Below the pieces are notes generated by a model. It made no database searches, was not told where the DNA came from, and was given only the letters and a program-made list of their open reading frames with translations. A program made the position numbers and the translations under genes. From NCBI GenBank assembly GCA_965277455.1, contig OZ255823.1:2438250-2502249 (forward strand): DNA of 64,000 bases, read 5' to 3'. The stretch's first letter is position 1; every line of letters starts with the position of its first letter. The DNA is from Capsulimonadaceae bacterium. GTDB taxonomy: Bacteria; Armatimonadota; Armatimonadia; Armatimonadales; Capsulimonadaceae. Shown here one piece after another: positions 42,390 to 50,765 of this stretch.

Positions 42390-43964
42390 TTACTTGGAGC
42401 GGCGGTATTCGATGCCGACCAGCGTGCCGCCGCCGTGGTGGTTGATGTTCTCGCCGCCCAAGACGACGCCGAGGTCGGGCGTGAGCATCACCGTGCCTTT
42501 GGCGTCGAGGTGCAGATGGTTCGGGTCATATAAATCCAGCGAGACCGTCTCGCGCTTGCCGAGGCCGTAATCCGCGCCGACACTGAGCTTGGAGGCGTAC
42601 AGACCCGCACGGGCATCCAAGCTGCCACCTTTGCCGAGGCCCTGCCCGCCCTGCAGGATGAGCTTGTTCGAGTCCCCAAAGCCGTAGACGCCGACGCGGG
42701 CAAACGTGACGGGCTGAAGGCCAAACGGCACGACGGCGTCGATGTCGGTGCGAAAGTGCCGCTCGCGTGTGTTATAAAGCGCCTGCACACGGGGCAGGTA
42801 CAGCGGGGCGCCTTTGGACGGCGCGGGGGTCGGCTTGATTCCTCCCGTGCCGCCGCCGCCCGTGACAACCACACCGCCCACGCCGGGGATCAGCACGGCG
42901 GCGGCAGTCGGTTTTTGCCGCCCGCCGGCCAGCTTGTTCAGTCGCGCAATCAGGTACGACGCCTGCTCACTGCTGTCTTTGATATTTTCGATAGTCTCGC
43001 GCAGATTGGACTGCACTTTCGGATCGCCGGTGAGCGACTGAAAGTTGCCCGCGATTGCGTTAAACTTGGCTGTGGTCGCGGCCAGATTATCGGTCGTCAC
43101 TTTCAGGTTGGCGACGGTCGCCTGAAGCTGTCCGCCGCCGAGGGCGGTGTTGGCATTGCCCGTAATGCCCGCGACTGCCGAAGTCGTGTCATCTAAATTG
43201 CGGACAATCGCGTTGATTTCCGCTTTGTTTTCGCGGGTGGTGTCCCGAATAGAAGCCGTGGTCTGCGCGATATTATCTAGCGAGACCTGCGCCCCGGACT
43301 GGGTCTGCTTCAAGAGTGCCTGTATCTGGGCGTTGTCTTCGAGAAGCAGGCCATTCAGGCGCTGGGTCAGCTTGGCCCCGTTGGCCGAGGCGACGTCCAG
43401 GTTCTTTAAAGTATCGGTCAGACCGCGCTTGAGGGCCGGGTCATTCGCGGCACGGATGCCGCTGTCAAGCAGCGTATCCACTTTTTTGGTGGTCAGCGTG
43501 AGCTGGTCCAGCAGCAGCGTCGCTTTATCGAGCGAGGCGGTTAAATCGCCGCTATTCTCGCCCTTTAATATCTCGCCGTCACGGATGGCTGGCAGCGCGG
43601 CAGAGCTTACGGGCGGGACAACGACCACCGTGCCGCTCGTGCCGAGCAAGGGCGTCAGGATGGTGAAGCGCGAGCCTTTCGGAATACGAACGACGCGGCC
43701 ATTGATCGTGTTTTTGATTTGCAGCTTCATGTCGGCCTGCTGTGCCTGCGTCAGATTGACGCTCTGCACTTTTCCGATCTGAACCCCGGCCAGAGTGACC
43801 GGCGTATCCGCCGTTACCCCTTTGGCGTCGGTGAACAGCACGTCAAACGAGTACGTGTTGGCCGCCCCGAAGCCGCCCCGCAAAAAGTACCACATGGTAC
43901 CGAACAAAAGGCCAAACACCACAAAAACCAGCCCGACCCGCCCGGCATTTCCTAAAGTCGTCAT
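42390..43964 (-). CDS. mlaD: MlaD/Mce-family protein with long helical region and C-terminal beta-rich extension
   Basis: Trimmed to ATG 43962-43964 (MTTLGNAGRVGLVFVVFGLLFG, a TM helix). Mce domain FTDAKGVTADTPVTLAGVQIGKVQSV. It lies downstream of the mlaE/mlaF-like genes. Confidence 0.75.
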   Translation of the reverse strand: MTTLGNAGRVGLVFVVFGLLFGTMWYFLRGGFGAANTYSFDVLFTDAKGVTADTPVTLAGVQIGKVQSVNLTQAQQADMKLQIKNTINGRVVRIPKGSRFTILTPLLGTSGTVVVVPPVSSAALPAIRDGEILKGENSGDLTASLDKATLLLDQLTLTTKKVDTLLDSGIRAANDPALKRGLTDTLKNLDVASANGAKLTQRLNGLLLEDNAQIQALLKQTQSGAQVSLDNIAQTTASIRDTTRENKAEINAIVRNLDDTTSAVAGITGNANTALGGGQLQATVANLKVTTDNLAATTAKFNAIAGNFQSLTGDPKVQSNLRETIENIKDSSEQASYLIARLNKLAGGRQKPTAAAVLIPGVGGVVVTGGGGTGGIKPTPAPSKGAPLYLPRVQALYNTRERHFRTDIDAVVPFGLQPVTFARVGVYGFGDSNKLILQGGQGLGKGGSLDARAGLYASKLSVGADYGLGKRETVSLDLYDPNHLHLDAKGTVMLTPDLGVVLGGENINHHGGGTLVGIEYRRSK

Positions 43965-44004
43965 AAATATCGCGCCTGTTTTTCTGCCGTTTTTCCTGGC
44001 CGTC

Positions 44005-44811
44005 TTATCGGGCGACCTCAATCGGCCCCTGCGAGCGGCCTTCGATAAACTGCTGGACAATCGGGTTATCTGAATGCCTGATCTCTTCGGGCGTGCCCGA
44101 AGTCAGCACGCGGCCTTCGTGGATCATTGTAATCTTGTCGGCAATCCGAAAAATGCTTGTGATATTGTGCGAGACCACCACGCTGGTAACGCCCAGCTTG
44201 TCCCGCATCTCCATAATTAGCTCATCGACAACGCTTGACACCACCGGGTCGAGACCCGAGGTCGGCTCATCGTACAGCAAAATCTCCGGGGACATCGCAA
44301 TCGCCCGTGCCAGACCCACCCGCTTTGCCATGCCCCCGGATAGCTCCGAGGGATACAGCGTCTCGGTCCCCGGCAAGCCGACCAATGCCAGCTTTTCGGC
44401 GACAATCTGCTTGATCTCGGCCCCGCCCAGCTTGCGCCGCCGCCGCAGGCCAAACGCGACATTTTCAAACACGGTCAGCGAGTCAAAGAGAGCAGCGTAC
44501 TGAAAGACCATGCCCATCCGCTCACGCACATGATTCAGGGCGTTCTCCGGCATCCCAACAATCTGAGCGTCGCCGATGCGGATTTCCCCGCTCGTCGGCT
44601 CGGTCAGTCCGCCGAGGCAGTGCAGCATGGTGGTCTTGCCGGACCCGGACATCCCCATGACGCACAAAATCTCGCCGGGCGCAACGCCCAGCGAAACGCC
44701 CTTTAAGATTTCTTTATCGCCCACCTGAAAGCGCACATCGCGGGCTTCAACCCAGGCTGGCTCCGTCCAGTCGTTCTGGTTCTGGTGGGCTAACTCTTCC
44801 AGACTGCTCAA
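44005..44811 (-). CDS. mlaF: ABC transporter ATP-binding protein, MlaF-like
   Basis: Walker A GMSGSGKTT, signature LSGGMAKRVGLARA, Walker B LLYDEPTSGLD. The apparent TTG start overlaps the mlaE stop (TTGA), so the start is uncertain. Confidence 0.85.
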   Translation of the reverse strand: MSSLEELAHQNQNDWTEPAWVEARDVRFQVGDKEILKGVSLGVAPGEILCVMGMSGSGKTTMLHCLGGLTEPTSGEIRIGDAQIVGMPENALNHVRERMGMVFQYAALFDSLTVFENVAFGLRRRRKLGGAEIKQIVAEKLALVGLPGTETLYPSELSGGMAKRVGLARAIAMSPEILLYDEPTSGLDPVVSSVVDELIMEMRDKLGVTSVVVSHNITSIFRIADKITMIHEGRVLTSGTPEEIRHSDNPIVQQFIEGRSQGPIEVAR

Positions 44812-45644
44812 ACCGAAGTCACCTCGCTGAACATAAAGTAGGTCAGCACGAAGTTTGCGATATAAATCAGCACAATCGACAGCACGACGGCGTTCGTGGT
44901 CGCTTTGCCAACTTCGGTGGCCCCGCCGCGTGTTTTCAGGCCCTGATGACAGCCGACCAGCGCGATAATCAGCCCAAACACCAGTGTTTTGAGAATGCCT
45001 TTGATGAAGTCCGATGGATCGAGAAACTGCTTCATGGAGTTCAGATAGGTTTGCCCCAGCACGCCCTCGGAGTTCGACACGATGTAGCCGCCCAGAATGC
45101 CCCCGGCATCGGCCAGCGCACAGACCAGCGGAACCATAATGATTGCAGCCAGCAGGCGCGGCACGACCAGGTATTGCACGGGGCTGACGGCCAGCGCCCG
45201 GAGGGCATCAATCTGCTCCGTGACTTTCATCGTTCCAAGCTCGGCGGCAATCGCGGACCCGGCCCGTGCGGCCACCACCACGCCGGTCAGCACCGGCCCC
45301 AGCTCCCGCGCAATCGCCAGCGCGACAACAGCCCCGGTAAAGCCTTCCGCCCCGTACTGCTTCAGAAACGGCGCGAAATAGAGCGCCAGCACTGCGCCCG
45401 AAGTCGACGACGTGAGCAGGGCAATCCAAACCGAGTTGACCCCGAGCGAGGACATCTGGTCCAGCAGGTCCCGTCCGTCTACCCCGCGCCGGGCGCTTTT
45501 AATGGTCTGTCCGAGCAGCATCAAAATCTCGCCCAGATACACCAGCACCGTAGTAAAGGGCTTAAAGAACGCCTGAAGGGCGGTCTCGGCACAGGGCACG
45601 GGCGAGGCCGCCGGGGCGGGCAGGGTGTTAGTTTGGTCAGCCAT
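44808..45644 (-). CDS. mlaE: ABC transporter permease, MlaE-like
   Basis: 278 aa with multiple TM helices. Sits at the head of the permease-ATPase-MlaD gene order. Confidence 0.8.
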   Translation of the reverse strand: MADQTNTLPAPAASPVPCAETALQAFFKPFTTVLVYLGEILMLLGQTIKSARRGVDGRDLLDQMSSLGVNSVWIALLTSSTSGAVLALYFAPFLKQYGAEGFTGAVVALAIARELGPVLTGVVVAARAGSAIAAELGTMKVTEQIDALRALAVSPVQYLVVPRLLAAIIMVPLVCALADAGGILGGYIVSNSEGVLGQTYLNSMKQFLDPSDFIKGILKTLVFGLIIALVGCHQGLKTRGGATEVGKATTNAVVLSIVLIYIANFVLTYFMFSEVTSV

Positions 45645-45780
45645 AAACGTGTTGCAAACGTAATTCGCAGGCTTCGAATGCCTGCCTGAAATCCGGGCAC
45701 AGTATACTGCGAAAGAGGGCGCGAAGTCAAGGCGGGCGCAATTAGCACCATAAGCGCGGTGGGAGCGTGTGGTTGAAAAT

Positions 45781-46088
45781 GGCGTTGTTGCCTAACTGTC
45801 CCTGCCCCAAAAAACCATGCCCCAAGAAACCATGCCATAAATGGCACGGCTAATCGGCCTGCGGCCAGAAAGTACCGCTTCGCGGCACTCAATTATTTGC
45901 AAATTCTCTGCACCTATATTCTCTGCACCTATATTCTCTGCACCTATATTCTCTGCTTTTATCCCCGCGAAGCGTGGGATTTCTGGCGTCCGCGCCGTCT
46001 AGCCATGCGTTTCAACGCATGGTTTCAACGCATGGTTTTATGGCATGATTCGGATTTATGGCATGGTATGGATTTATGCAACAACGCC
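45781..46088. mobile_element. Composite palindromic element, family C copy 1 (expanded)
   Basis: Outer ends GGCGTTGTTGCC...GCAACAACGCC. Inner arms CCATGCCATAAATGGCACGGCT..CGGCCTGCGGCCAGAAAGTACCGCTTCGCGGCACTC. The right half is degenerate with internal duplications. The centre carries a 15-bp tandem repeat. Confidence 0.8.
45903..45956. repeat. 15-bp tandem repeat ATTCTCTGCACCTAT, about 3.6 copies
   Basis: Read directly from the sequence. It lies in the central loop of element C1. The other family C copies have unrelated, non-repeated centres. Confidence 0.9.
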
Positions 46089-46163
46089 GTTGAAAACCCC
46101 TCGTCTTGCTGTACCTCACACGCACAGGCAGGAAATCGCCGCTTCGGCGCAGAACAGGGCCTC

Positions 46164-46760
46164 ATGCTTACCAACGATCAAGTCCTGCAAATGTTTAAAG
46201 ATTCCGGCGCTCTGTTGGAGGGCCATTTCCTGCTGGCGTCGGGCTACCATAGTGCCGTTTATTTAGAAAAATTTCAAGTCCTGCAATATCCGCTCTATGT
46301 CGAGGCCCTCTGCAAAGACCTCGCCGAACGGTTCGCGGGCGATGAAGTCAATGTCGTCGTCGGCCCCACCACCGGCGGCGTGCTGCTGGCCTATGAAGTC
46401 GCCAAACAGCTCGGCGTGCGCGGCATCTTCGCCGAGCGGGGCGAGGGCGGCACAGGCCGGGTCCTGCGCCGGGGCTTTGAGATCAAAGAAAACGAGAACG
46501 TCTTACTCGTCGATGATATCCTGACCACCGGCGGCAGCGTGCGGGACACGATGGAGGCGATTGAAGCCTACAGCGGCAACCTCGTCGGCATCGGCGTTCT
46601 GGCCGACCGCAGCGGCGGCGCGATTGACTTCGGCGTCCCCTTAGAGGCACTACTTTCGCTGAACGTCGAAAAGTTCGCCCCCGACGCCCTGCCGGACTGG
46701 CTCGCCGCCATCCCGCTGACCGAGCGCGGGTCTACGCAGAACATGGGCAAGGCAAAGTAG
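46164..46760 (+). CDS. pyrE: Orotate phosphoribosyltransferase
   Basis: Trimmed to ATG 46164 (MLTNDQVLQMFKDSGALLEGHFLLASGYHS). PRPP-binding loop LLVDDILTTGGS. The track N-terminal extension is a translation of repeat element C1. Confidence 0.9.
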   Translation: MLTNDQVLQMFKDSGALLEGHFLLASGYHSAVYLEKFQVLQYPLYVEALCKDLAERFAGDEVNVVVGPTTGGVLLAYEVAKQLGVRGIFAERGEGGTGRVLRRGFEIKENENVLLVDDILTTGGSVRDTMEAIEAYSGNLVGIGVLADRSGGAIDFGVPLEALLSLNVEKFAPDALPDWLAAIPLTERGSTQNMGKAK

Positions 46761-46766
46761 CCGAAT

Positions 46767-47114
46767 ATGCGCTTCTGGCTGGGCAAATTGATCGGCTTTG
46801 TAATCGGAACGTTACTCGGCATCTGCATTGTGCTTGTGCCCGCCGTAGTTGATCGACTGCTTCATCCAAGTTACTGGGCGGGAGAAGCCCACGCGCTTGG
46901 TCAGCGGGCAGGCTTCATATATGGCCTTCTGGGAATAACAGTGTTCTCCTTGCTCATCGGCCTCTTGTTCGGCATCATTGGTCAAGCCTACGGCGGTTGG
47001 CGGCAGGAGGCCGCCCAAGAGAAGAACGCCCGATTAGCAGCCGTCGCACAGGCACAGCAGACAAAAAACGTTTGGCCGCCGCCGCCGAACAAAAGGGACA
47101 CGGATGACATGTAA
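46767..47114 (+). CDS. Hypothetical membrane protein
   Basis: Two or three hydrophobic helices (LIGFVIGTLLGICIVLVPAVV, GLLGITVFSLLIGLLFGIIG). Starts 6 nt after pyrE. Confidence 0.4.
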   Translation: MRFWLGKLIGFVIGTLLGICIVLVPAVVDRLLHPSYWAGEAHALGQRAGFIYGLLGITVFSLLIGLLFGIIGQAYGGWRQEAAQEKNARLAAVAQAQQTKNVWPPPPNKRDTDDM

Positions 47115-47117
47115 GAG

Positions 47118-47255
47118 CCATGCCATAAATGGCACGGCTACCCGGCGCGGACGCCGAAAAGTACCGCTTCGCGGCACTCGGAAAGATTTGTTCTTAGCCC
47201 CGCGAAGCGGTGCTTTCTGGCCGCAGGCCAATTAGCCGTGCCATTCATGGCATGG
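47118..47255. mobile_element. Family C copy 2 (inner core only)
   Basis: CCATGCCATAAATGGCACGGCT...CCGCTTCGCGGCACTC...AGCCCCGCGAAGCGG...AGCCGTGCCATTCATGGCATGG. It lacks the outer GGCGTTGTTGCC ends and starts 3 nt after the stop of 46767..47114. Confidence 0.85.
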
Positions 47256-47300
47256 TTTCCTCACGCAATGCGTGATGAATTCATAATCAGAGTGACGCAA

Positions 47301-48032
47301 TCACAAACTATCAAGACGCCCGCCGTCGGCGATGAGGGTAGTACCCGTGATGAAGCGGGAGTCGTCGGAGGCGAGGAAGGCGATGGCGGAGGCGATGTCA
47401 TCGGGCCAGCCAACCGCGCCGTCGATGACTTCGATGCCGTTTTTGATGTTCGGGTTGTCCCACAGCATCGGCGTGTCAATCGCGCCGGGGGCGACGCAGT
47501 TGATGCGGATGCGGCGCTCGACCATCTCTTCGCTGAAGCCGCGTGTGAAGGACTCGACGGCTCCTTTGGAAGCGGCATAGGGCACGACGCCTTTGGTGGT
47601 GGCATGGGCATGAACCGAGCTGACATTAACAATGGCACCGCCGGGGGGCATGTGGGGCACGCTGTATTTGCAGAACAAAAAGACCGAGCGCAGGTTGACG
47701 CCCATGACGCGCTCCCATTCGTCGTCGGCAAGCTCTACCAACGGGTCAAAAGTCATCGTGGCGGCATTGTTGACCATGACATCGATATGGCCCCACCGGG
47801 CAAGGGCGGCGGCGATAGCGGCCTGGACCTGATCCGACTGCGAAACGTCGGCCCGGAAGAACTCGGCTTCGCCGCCCGATTCACAGATGCGCTCGACGGT
47901 GCCTTCGCCGGAGTTCTGCCGGTCGATAACGAGTACCCGACCGCCCTCATACGCCAGGCGCAGGCAGGTCGCCCGCCCGATGCCCGACCCGCCGCCTGTG
48001 ACCAGGCAGACTTTATTTTGGAACCGCGCCAT
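47301..48032 (-). CDS. Short-chain dehydrogenase/reductase (SDR)
   Basis: Trimmed to ATG 48030-48032 (MARFQNKVCLVTGGGSGIGRA). NNAA and YAASKGA (YxxxK) motifs are present. Confidence 0.9.
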   Translation of the reverse strand: MARFQNKVCLVTGGGSGIGRATCLRLAYEGGRVLVIDRQNSGEGTVERICESGGEAEFFRADVSQSDQVQAAIAAALARWGHIDVMVNNAATMTFDPLVELADDEWERVMGVNLRSVFLFCKYSVPHMPPGGAIVNVSSVHAHATTKGVVPYAASKGAVESFTRGFSEEMVERRIRINCVAPGAIDTPMLWDNPNIKNGIEVIDGAVGWPDDIASAIAFLASDDSRFITGTTLIADGGRLDSL

Positions 48033-48069
48033 AACCCGTGATCTCTTTTCTAATTCCTCGTGCTCCTTC

Positions 48070-48091
48070 GTATGACAAGATAAAGTCATAC
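48070..48091. promoter_or_regulatory. Inverted repeat GTATGAC-N8-GTCATAC in the divergent SDR / Opu ABC intergenic region
   Basis: Read directly from the sequence. The geometry is operator-like. Confidence 0.3.
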
Positions 48092-48202
48092 TGAGTGTGC
48101 AGGCAGCCCTGCGAGAAACCGCGTCATTGCGGCCCTGACACGCATAGAACACCGTTCCGTGTGAAAAAGTGCCGACGTACATTTAGATTGGCCTTTAATT
48201 TT

Positions 48203-48955
48203 ATGATTGCTCTGCAAAATGTTTCCAAGACCTACGGGGGCCGGACGGCGCTCGCCCCCACGTCTTTAACCCTCGCGCCGGGCAAAACGACCGCGCTGAT
48301 TGGGCCAAGCGGCTGCGGCAAGTCGACGCTGCTGCGTCTTCTGGTGGGGCTGATTACACCGGACGCGGGCCAGGTGATTTTGGATGACACGCCTTTGACG
48401 CCGCAGAATGCCGAGGCCAGGCGCCACAAAATCGGCTATGTCATTCAGGACGGCGGCCTGTTTCCGCACCTGACCGCCGAGGGCAACGTGTCCCTGCTGG
48501 CCCGGTTTCTGAAAAAGCCGGGCGGCGAAATCAAAGCGCGTATGGGCGAGCTTGCTAAGTTGGTGCAGCTTCCGCCGGAGTCGCTGTCGCGGTACCCGTC
48601 GGGCCTGTCCGGCGGTCAGCGGCAGCGGGTAGGGCTGATGCGGGCGCTGATGCTGGACCCGCCCCTGCTGCTTCTAGATGAACCGCTGGGGGCACTAGAC
48701 CCGATCACGCGGAGTGAGTTGCAGCAGCAGCTCAAAGACATCTTCGGGCGTCTGGGTAAAACGGTGGTGCTGGTGACACACGACATGGGCGAAGCAGCCT
48801 TTCTGGCCGATACGATTGTGCTGATGCGGGAGGGAAGCGTAGTACAGGCGGGGACTTTGGACGACCTGCTGCACCGCCCCACCGAGGCGTATGTGACGGA
48901 CTTTATCCGGGCACAGCGTTCGCCATTGCCGCCGATGCCGGAGGTGGAAGGATGA
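48203..48955 (+). CDS. Osmoprotectant (glycine betaine/choline type) ABC transporter ATP-binding protein
   Basis: Trimmed to ATG 48203 (MIALQNVSKTYGG). Motifs GPSGCGKST, LSGGQRQRVGLMRA, LLLDEPLGALD. Confidence 0.85.
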   Translation: MIALQNVSKTYGGRTALAPTSLTLAPGKTTALIGPSGCGKSTLLRLLVGLITPDAGQVILDDTPLTPQNAEARRHKIGYVIQDGGLFPHLTAEGNVSLLARFLKKPGGEIKARMGELAKLVQLPPESLSRYPSGLSGGQRQRVGLMRALMLDPPLLLLDEPLGALDPITRSELQQQLKDIFGRLGKTVVLVTHDMGEAAFLADTIVLMREGSVVQAGTLDDLLHRPTEAYVTDFIRAQRSPLPPMPEVEG

Positions 48956-50583
48956 CCTACCTCCTTGCTCCTTCGTACCTCAGTCACAGGGTCCTTCCTA
49001 AAGGAAGGATACGGATAGAACAGGAGGGCAGGGGGACCCCGCCCCTACGCCCTGTCCTAATCCTTCCTTTAGGAAGGACCCTGCGAAGCAAGGCGGTAGG
49101 TCTCCTTCTTTGCCTCCTCGCCTTTGCTGCCGTACCCGCGCAGGCGCAGACCAAAACCGTCACCGTTGGCTCCAAGCGGTTTGCCGAGTCGCGCATTCTG
49201 GGCGAGATACTCACGCAGAGGGCGAACAAAGTGGGCGAGGCCAAAGCGACCCACAAAGCGGGTCTGGGCAACACGGGGATTGTGTTTGCCGCCCTGCAAG
49301 GCGGCAGCATTGATGTCTACCCGGAATACACGGGGACGATTTCGCAGGAGCTTTTGAAGAGCAAAACACCCCTGACTCTGTCCGCGATGAACGCGAAGCT
49401 GGCCCCGCTTGGCCTCGCTGTCGGCCTGCCGCTGGGGTTCAACGACGGCTATGCCCTGGCGATGCGGGGCGATCTGGCACAGGAGCTAGGCATCAAAACG
49501 CTGTCCGATCTGGCAAAGCACCCGGAGCTAAAGCTGGGCTTGTCGCAGGAGTTTCTGAAACGCGCCGACGGCTGGCCGGGGGTCAAAGCGGCGTACAAGC
49601 TGCCGTTTGAGTCGCCGCAGGGCTTAGACCACGGGCTGGCGTATGAGGCCATTGCAGGCAAGCAGATTGATGTCACGGACATCTACACCACAGACTCGAA
49701 AATCCCCAAGTATCACCTGCGCGTTTTAGTCGACGACAGGCACTATTTTCCCATCTATGACGCTGTGCTGCTCTACCGGAAAGACCTGCCGACGCGCCTG
49801 CCTAAGACATGGGCCAAGTGGGAAACTTTGTCGGGCAAAATCACCGATGCCAAAATGATCGCGCTGAACGGGCAGGTGGAAATCGACGGCGGCACGCCCG
49901 AGAATGTCGCGGCGGCGTATCTGTCCGGCGGTTCGGTCAAAGCGACCCACGAAACGCTGTGGTCGGCCCTGACGGCGAAAGACTTCTGGCCGGAGACGCG
50001 GCAGCATTTGTTTCTCGTGTTCGCGTCGCTGGCTTTGAGCATCCTGGTCGGCATCCCGCTGGGCATCTGGGCGGCGCGGTCGCGGGCGGCGGCGCAGCCG
50101 GTGCTGGTGCTGACGGGTTTGATACAGACCATCCCTTCGCTGGCCCTGCTGGCGTTTCTGATTGCCCTGCTGCATCAGATTGGACCTATCCCGGCGATTG
50201 CGGCGCTCTTCCTATACTCGCTCCTGCCGATTGTCCGCAACACGTACACGGGTCTGACCGATATTGCGCCTTCTTTGCGCGAATCGGCGTCGGCGCTCGG
50301 CCTGCCGCCGGGGGCACGTCTGCGTCTAGTAGAGCTGCCTCTGGCGTCACGGGCGATCTTCGCGGGCATCAAAACTGCCGCCGTTATTAACGTCGGCACG
50401 GCCACGATTGCCGCCTTTATCGGCGCGGGCGGCTATGGCAACCGAATTACACAGGGGCTGGAAAACAATGACAATTTGCTGCTGCTGGCGGGGGCCATCC
50501 CAGCATCGCTGCTGGCCCTCCTGGTGCAGTACGGGTTCGATCTGCTGGACCGGGCGGTGACGCCGAAGGGGCTGCGGGGGTGA
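48952..50583 (+). CDS. Fused substrate-binding protein and permease of an Opu-type ABC transporter
   Basis: ATG overlaps the upstream stop (ATGA). Signal-like LLLCLLAFAAVPAQA. The SBP part begins TVTVGSKRFAESRILGEIL. The C-terminal permease has the EAA-type loop ESASALGLPPGARLRLVELPLA. Codons 2-50 are encoded by palindromic element E. Confidence 0.8.
   Translation: MTYLLAPSYLSHRVLPKGRIRIEQEGRGTPPLRPVLILPLGRTLRSKAVGLLLCLLAFAAVPAQAQTKTVTVGSKRFAESRILGEILTQRANKVGEAKATHKAGLGNTGIVFAALQGGSIDVYPEYTGTISQELLKSKTPLTLSAMNAKLAPLGLAVGLPLGFNDGYALAMRGDLAQELGIKTLSDLAKHPELKLGLSQEFLKRADGWPGVKAAYKLPFESPQGLDHGLAYEAIAGKQIDVTDIYTTDSKIPKYHLRVLVDDRHYFPIYDAVLLYRKDLPTRLPKTWAKWETLSGKITDAKMIALNGQVEIDGGTPENVAAAYLSGGSVKATHETLWSALTAKDFWPETRQHLFLVFASLALSILVGIPLGIWAARSRAAAQPVLVLTGLIQTIPSLALLAFLIALLHQIGPIPAIAALFLYSLLPIVRNTYTGLTDIAPSLRESASALGLPPGARLRLVELPLASRAIFAGIKTAAVINVGTATIAAFIGAGGYGNRITQGLENNDNLLLLAGAIPASLLALLVQYGFDLLDRAVTPKGLRG
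48955..49101. mobile_element. Palindromic element E, 147 bp, inserted in frame in the 5' end of the Opu SBP-permease gene
   Basis: Ends ACCTACCTCCTTGCT / AGCAAGGCGGTAGGT (14/15 match). Inner arms CAGGGTCCTTCCTAAAGGAAGGAT / ATCCTTCCTTTAGGAAGGACCCTG. The centre GGGGGACCCCGCCCCT is the reverse complement of a 16-mer in the spacer of A1 (3146-3161). Confidence 0.8.
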
Positions 50584-50600
50584 CAGCAAAACAGGCAGAG

Positions 50601-50732
50601 GAGCCACGGGTTAAAACCCGAGGCTGCCAAAAGCCCACCGTCCAGGGGACGTAAGATACGATGACGACGAGACGATTCTTGTGTCCCCTGGACACTGGGC
50701 ACTTCCGAGCCTCGGGTTTCAACCCGTGGCTC
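50601..50732. mobile_element. REPIN/MITE-like element, family B copy 2
   Basis: TIRs GAGCCACGGGTTAAAACCCGAGGCT / AGCCTCGGGTTTCAACCCGTGGCTC (24/25 match). The core shares GCCCACCGTCCAGGGGACGTAAGA with B1. Confidence 0.9.
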
Positions 50733-50750
50733 CTTTGACCACTGCTGCTG

Positions 50751-50759
50751 TGCTATAAT
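50751..50759 (+). promoter_or_regulatory. Extended -10 promoter (TGCTATAAT) implying a leaderless mRNA for 50766..51452
   Basis: TATAAT at 50754-50759 ends 6 nt before the ATG at 50766. TGn lies immediately upstream. No SD is possible in the gap. Confidence 0.45.
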
Positions 50760-50765
50760 TACCCT

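Noticed and set aside
45897-46163. N-terminal extension of the pyrE ORF with CTYILCTYILCTYIL repeats
   Set aside because: It is a translation of the 15-bp tandem repeat and element C1. The recognisable PyrE sequence begins at ATG 46164.
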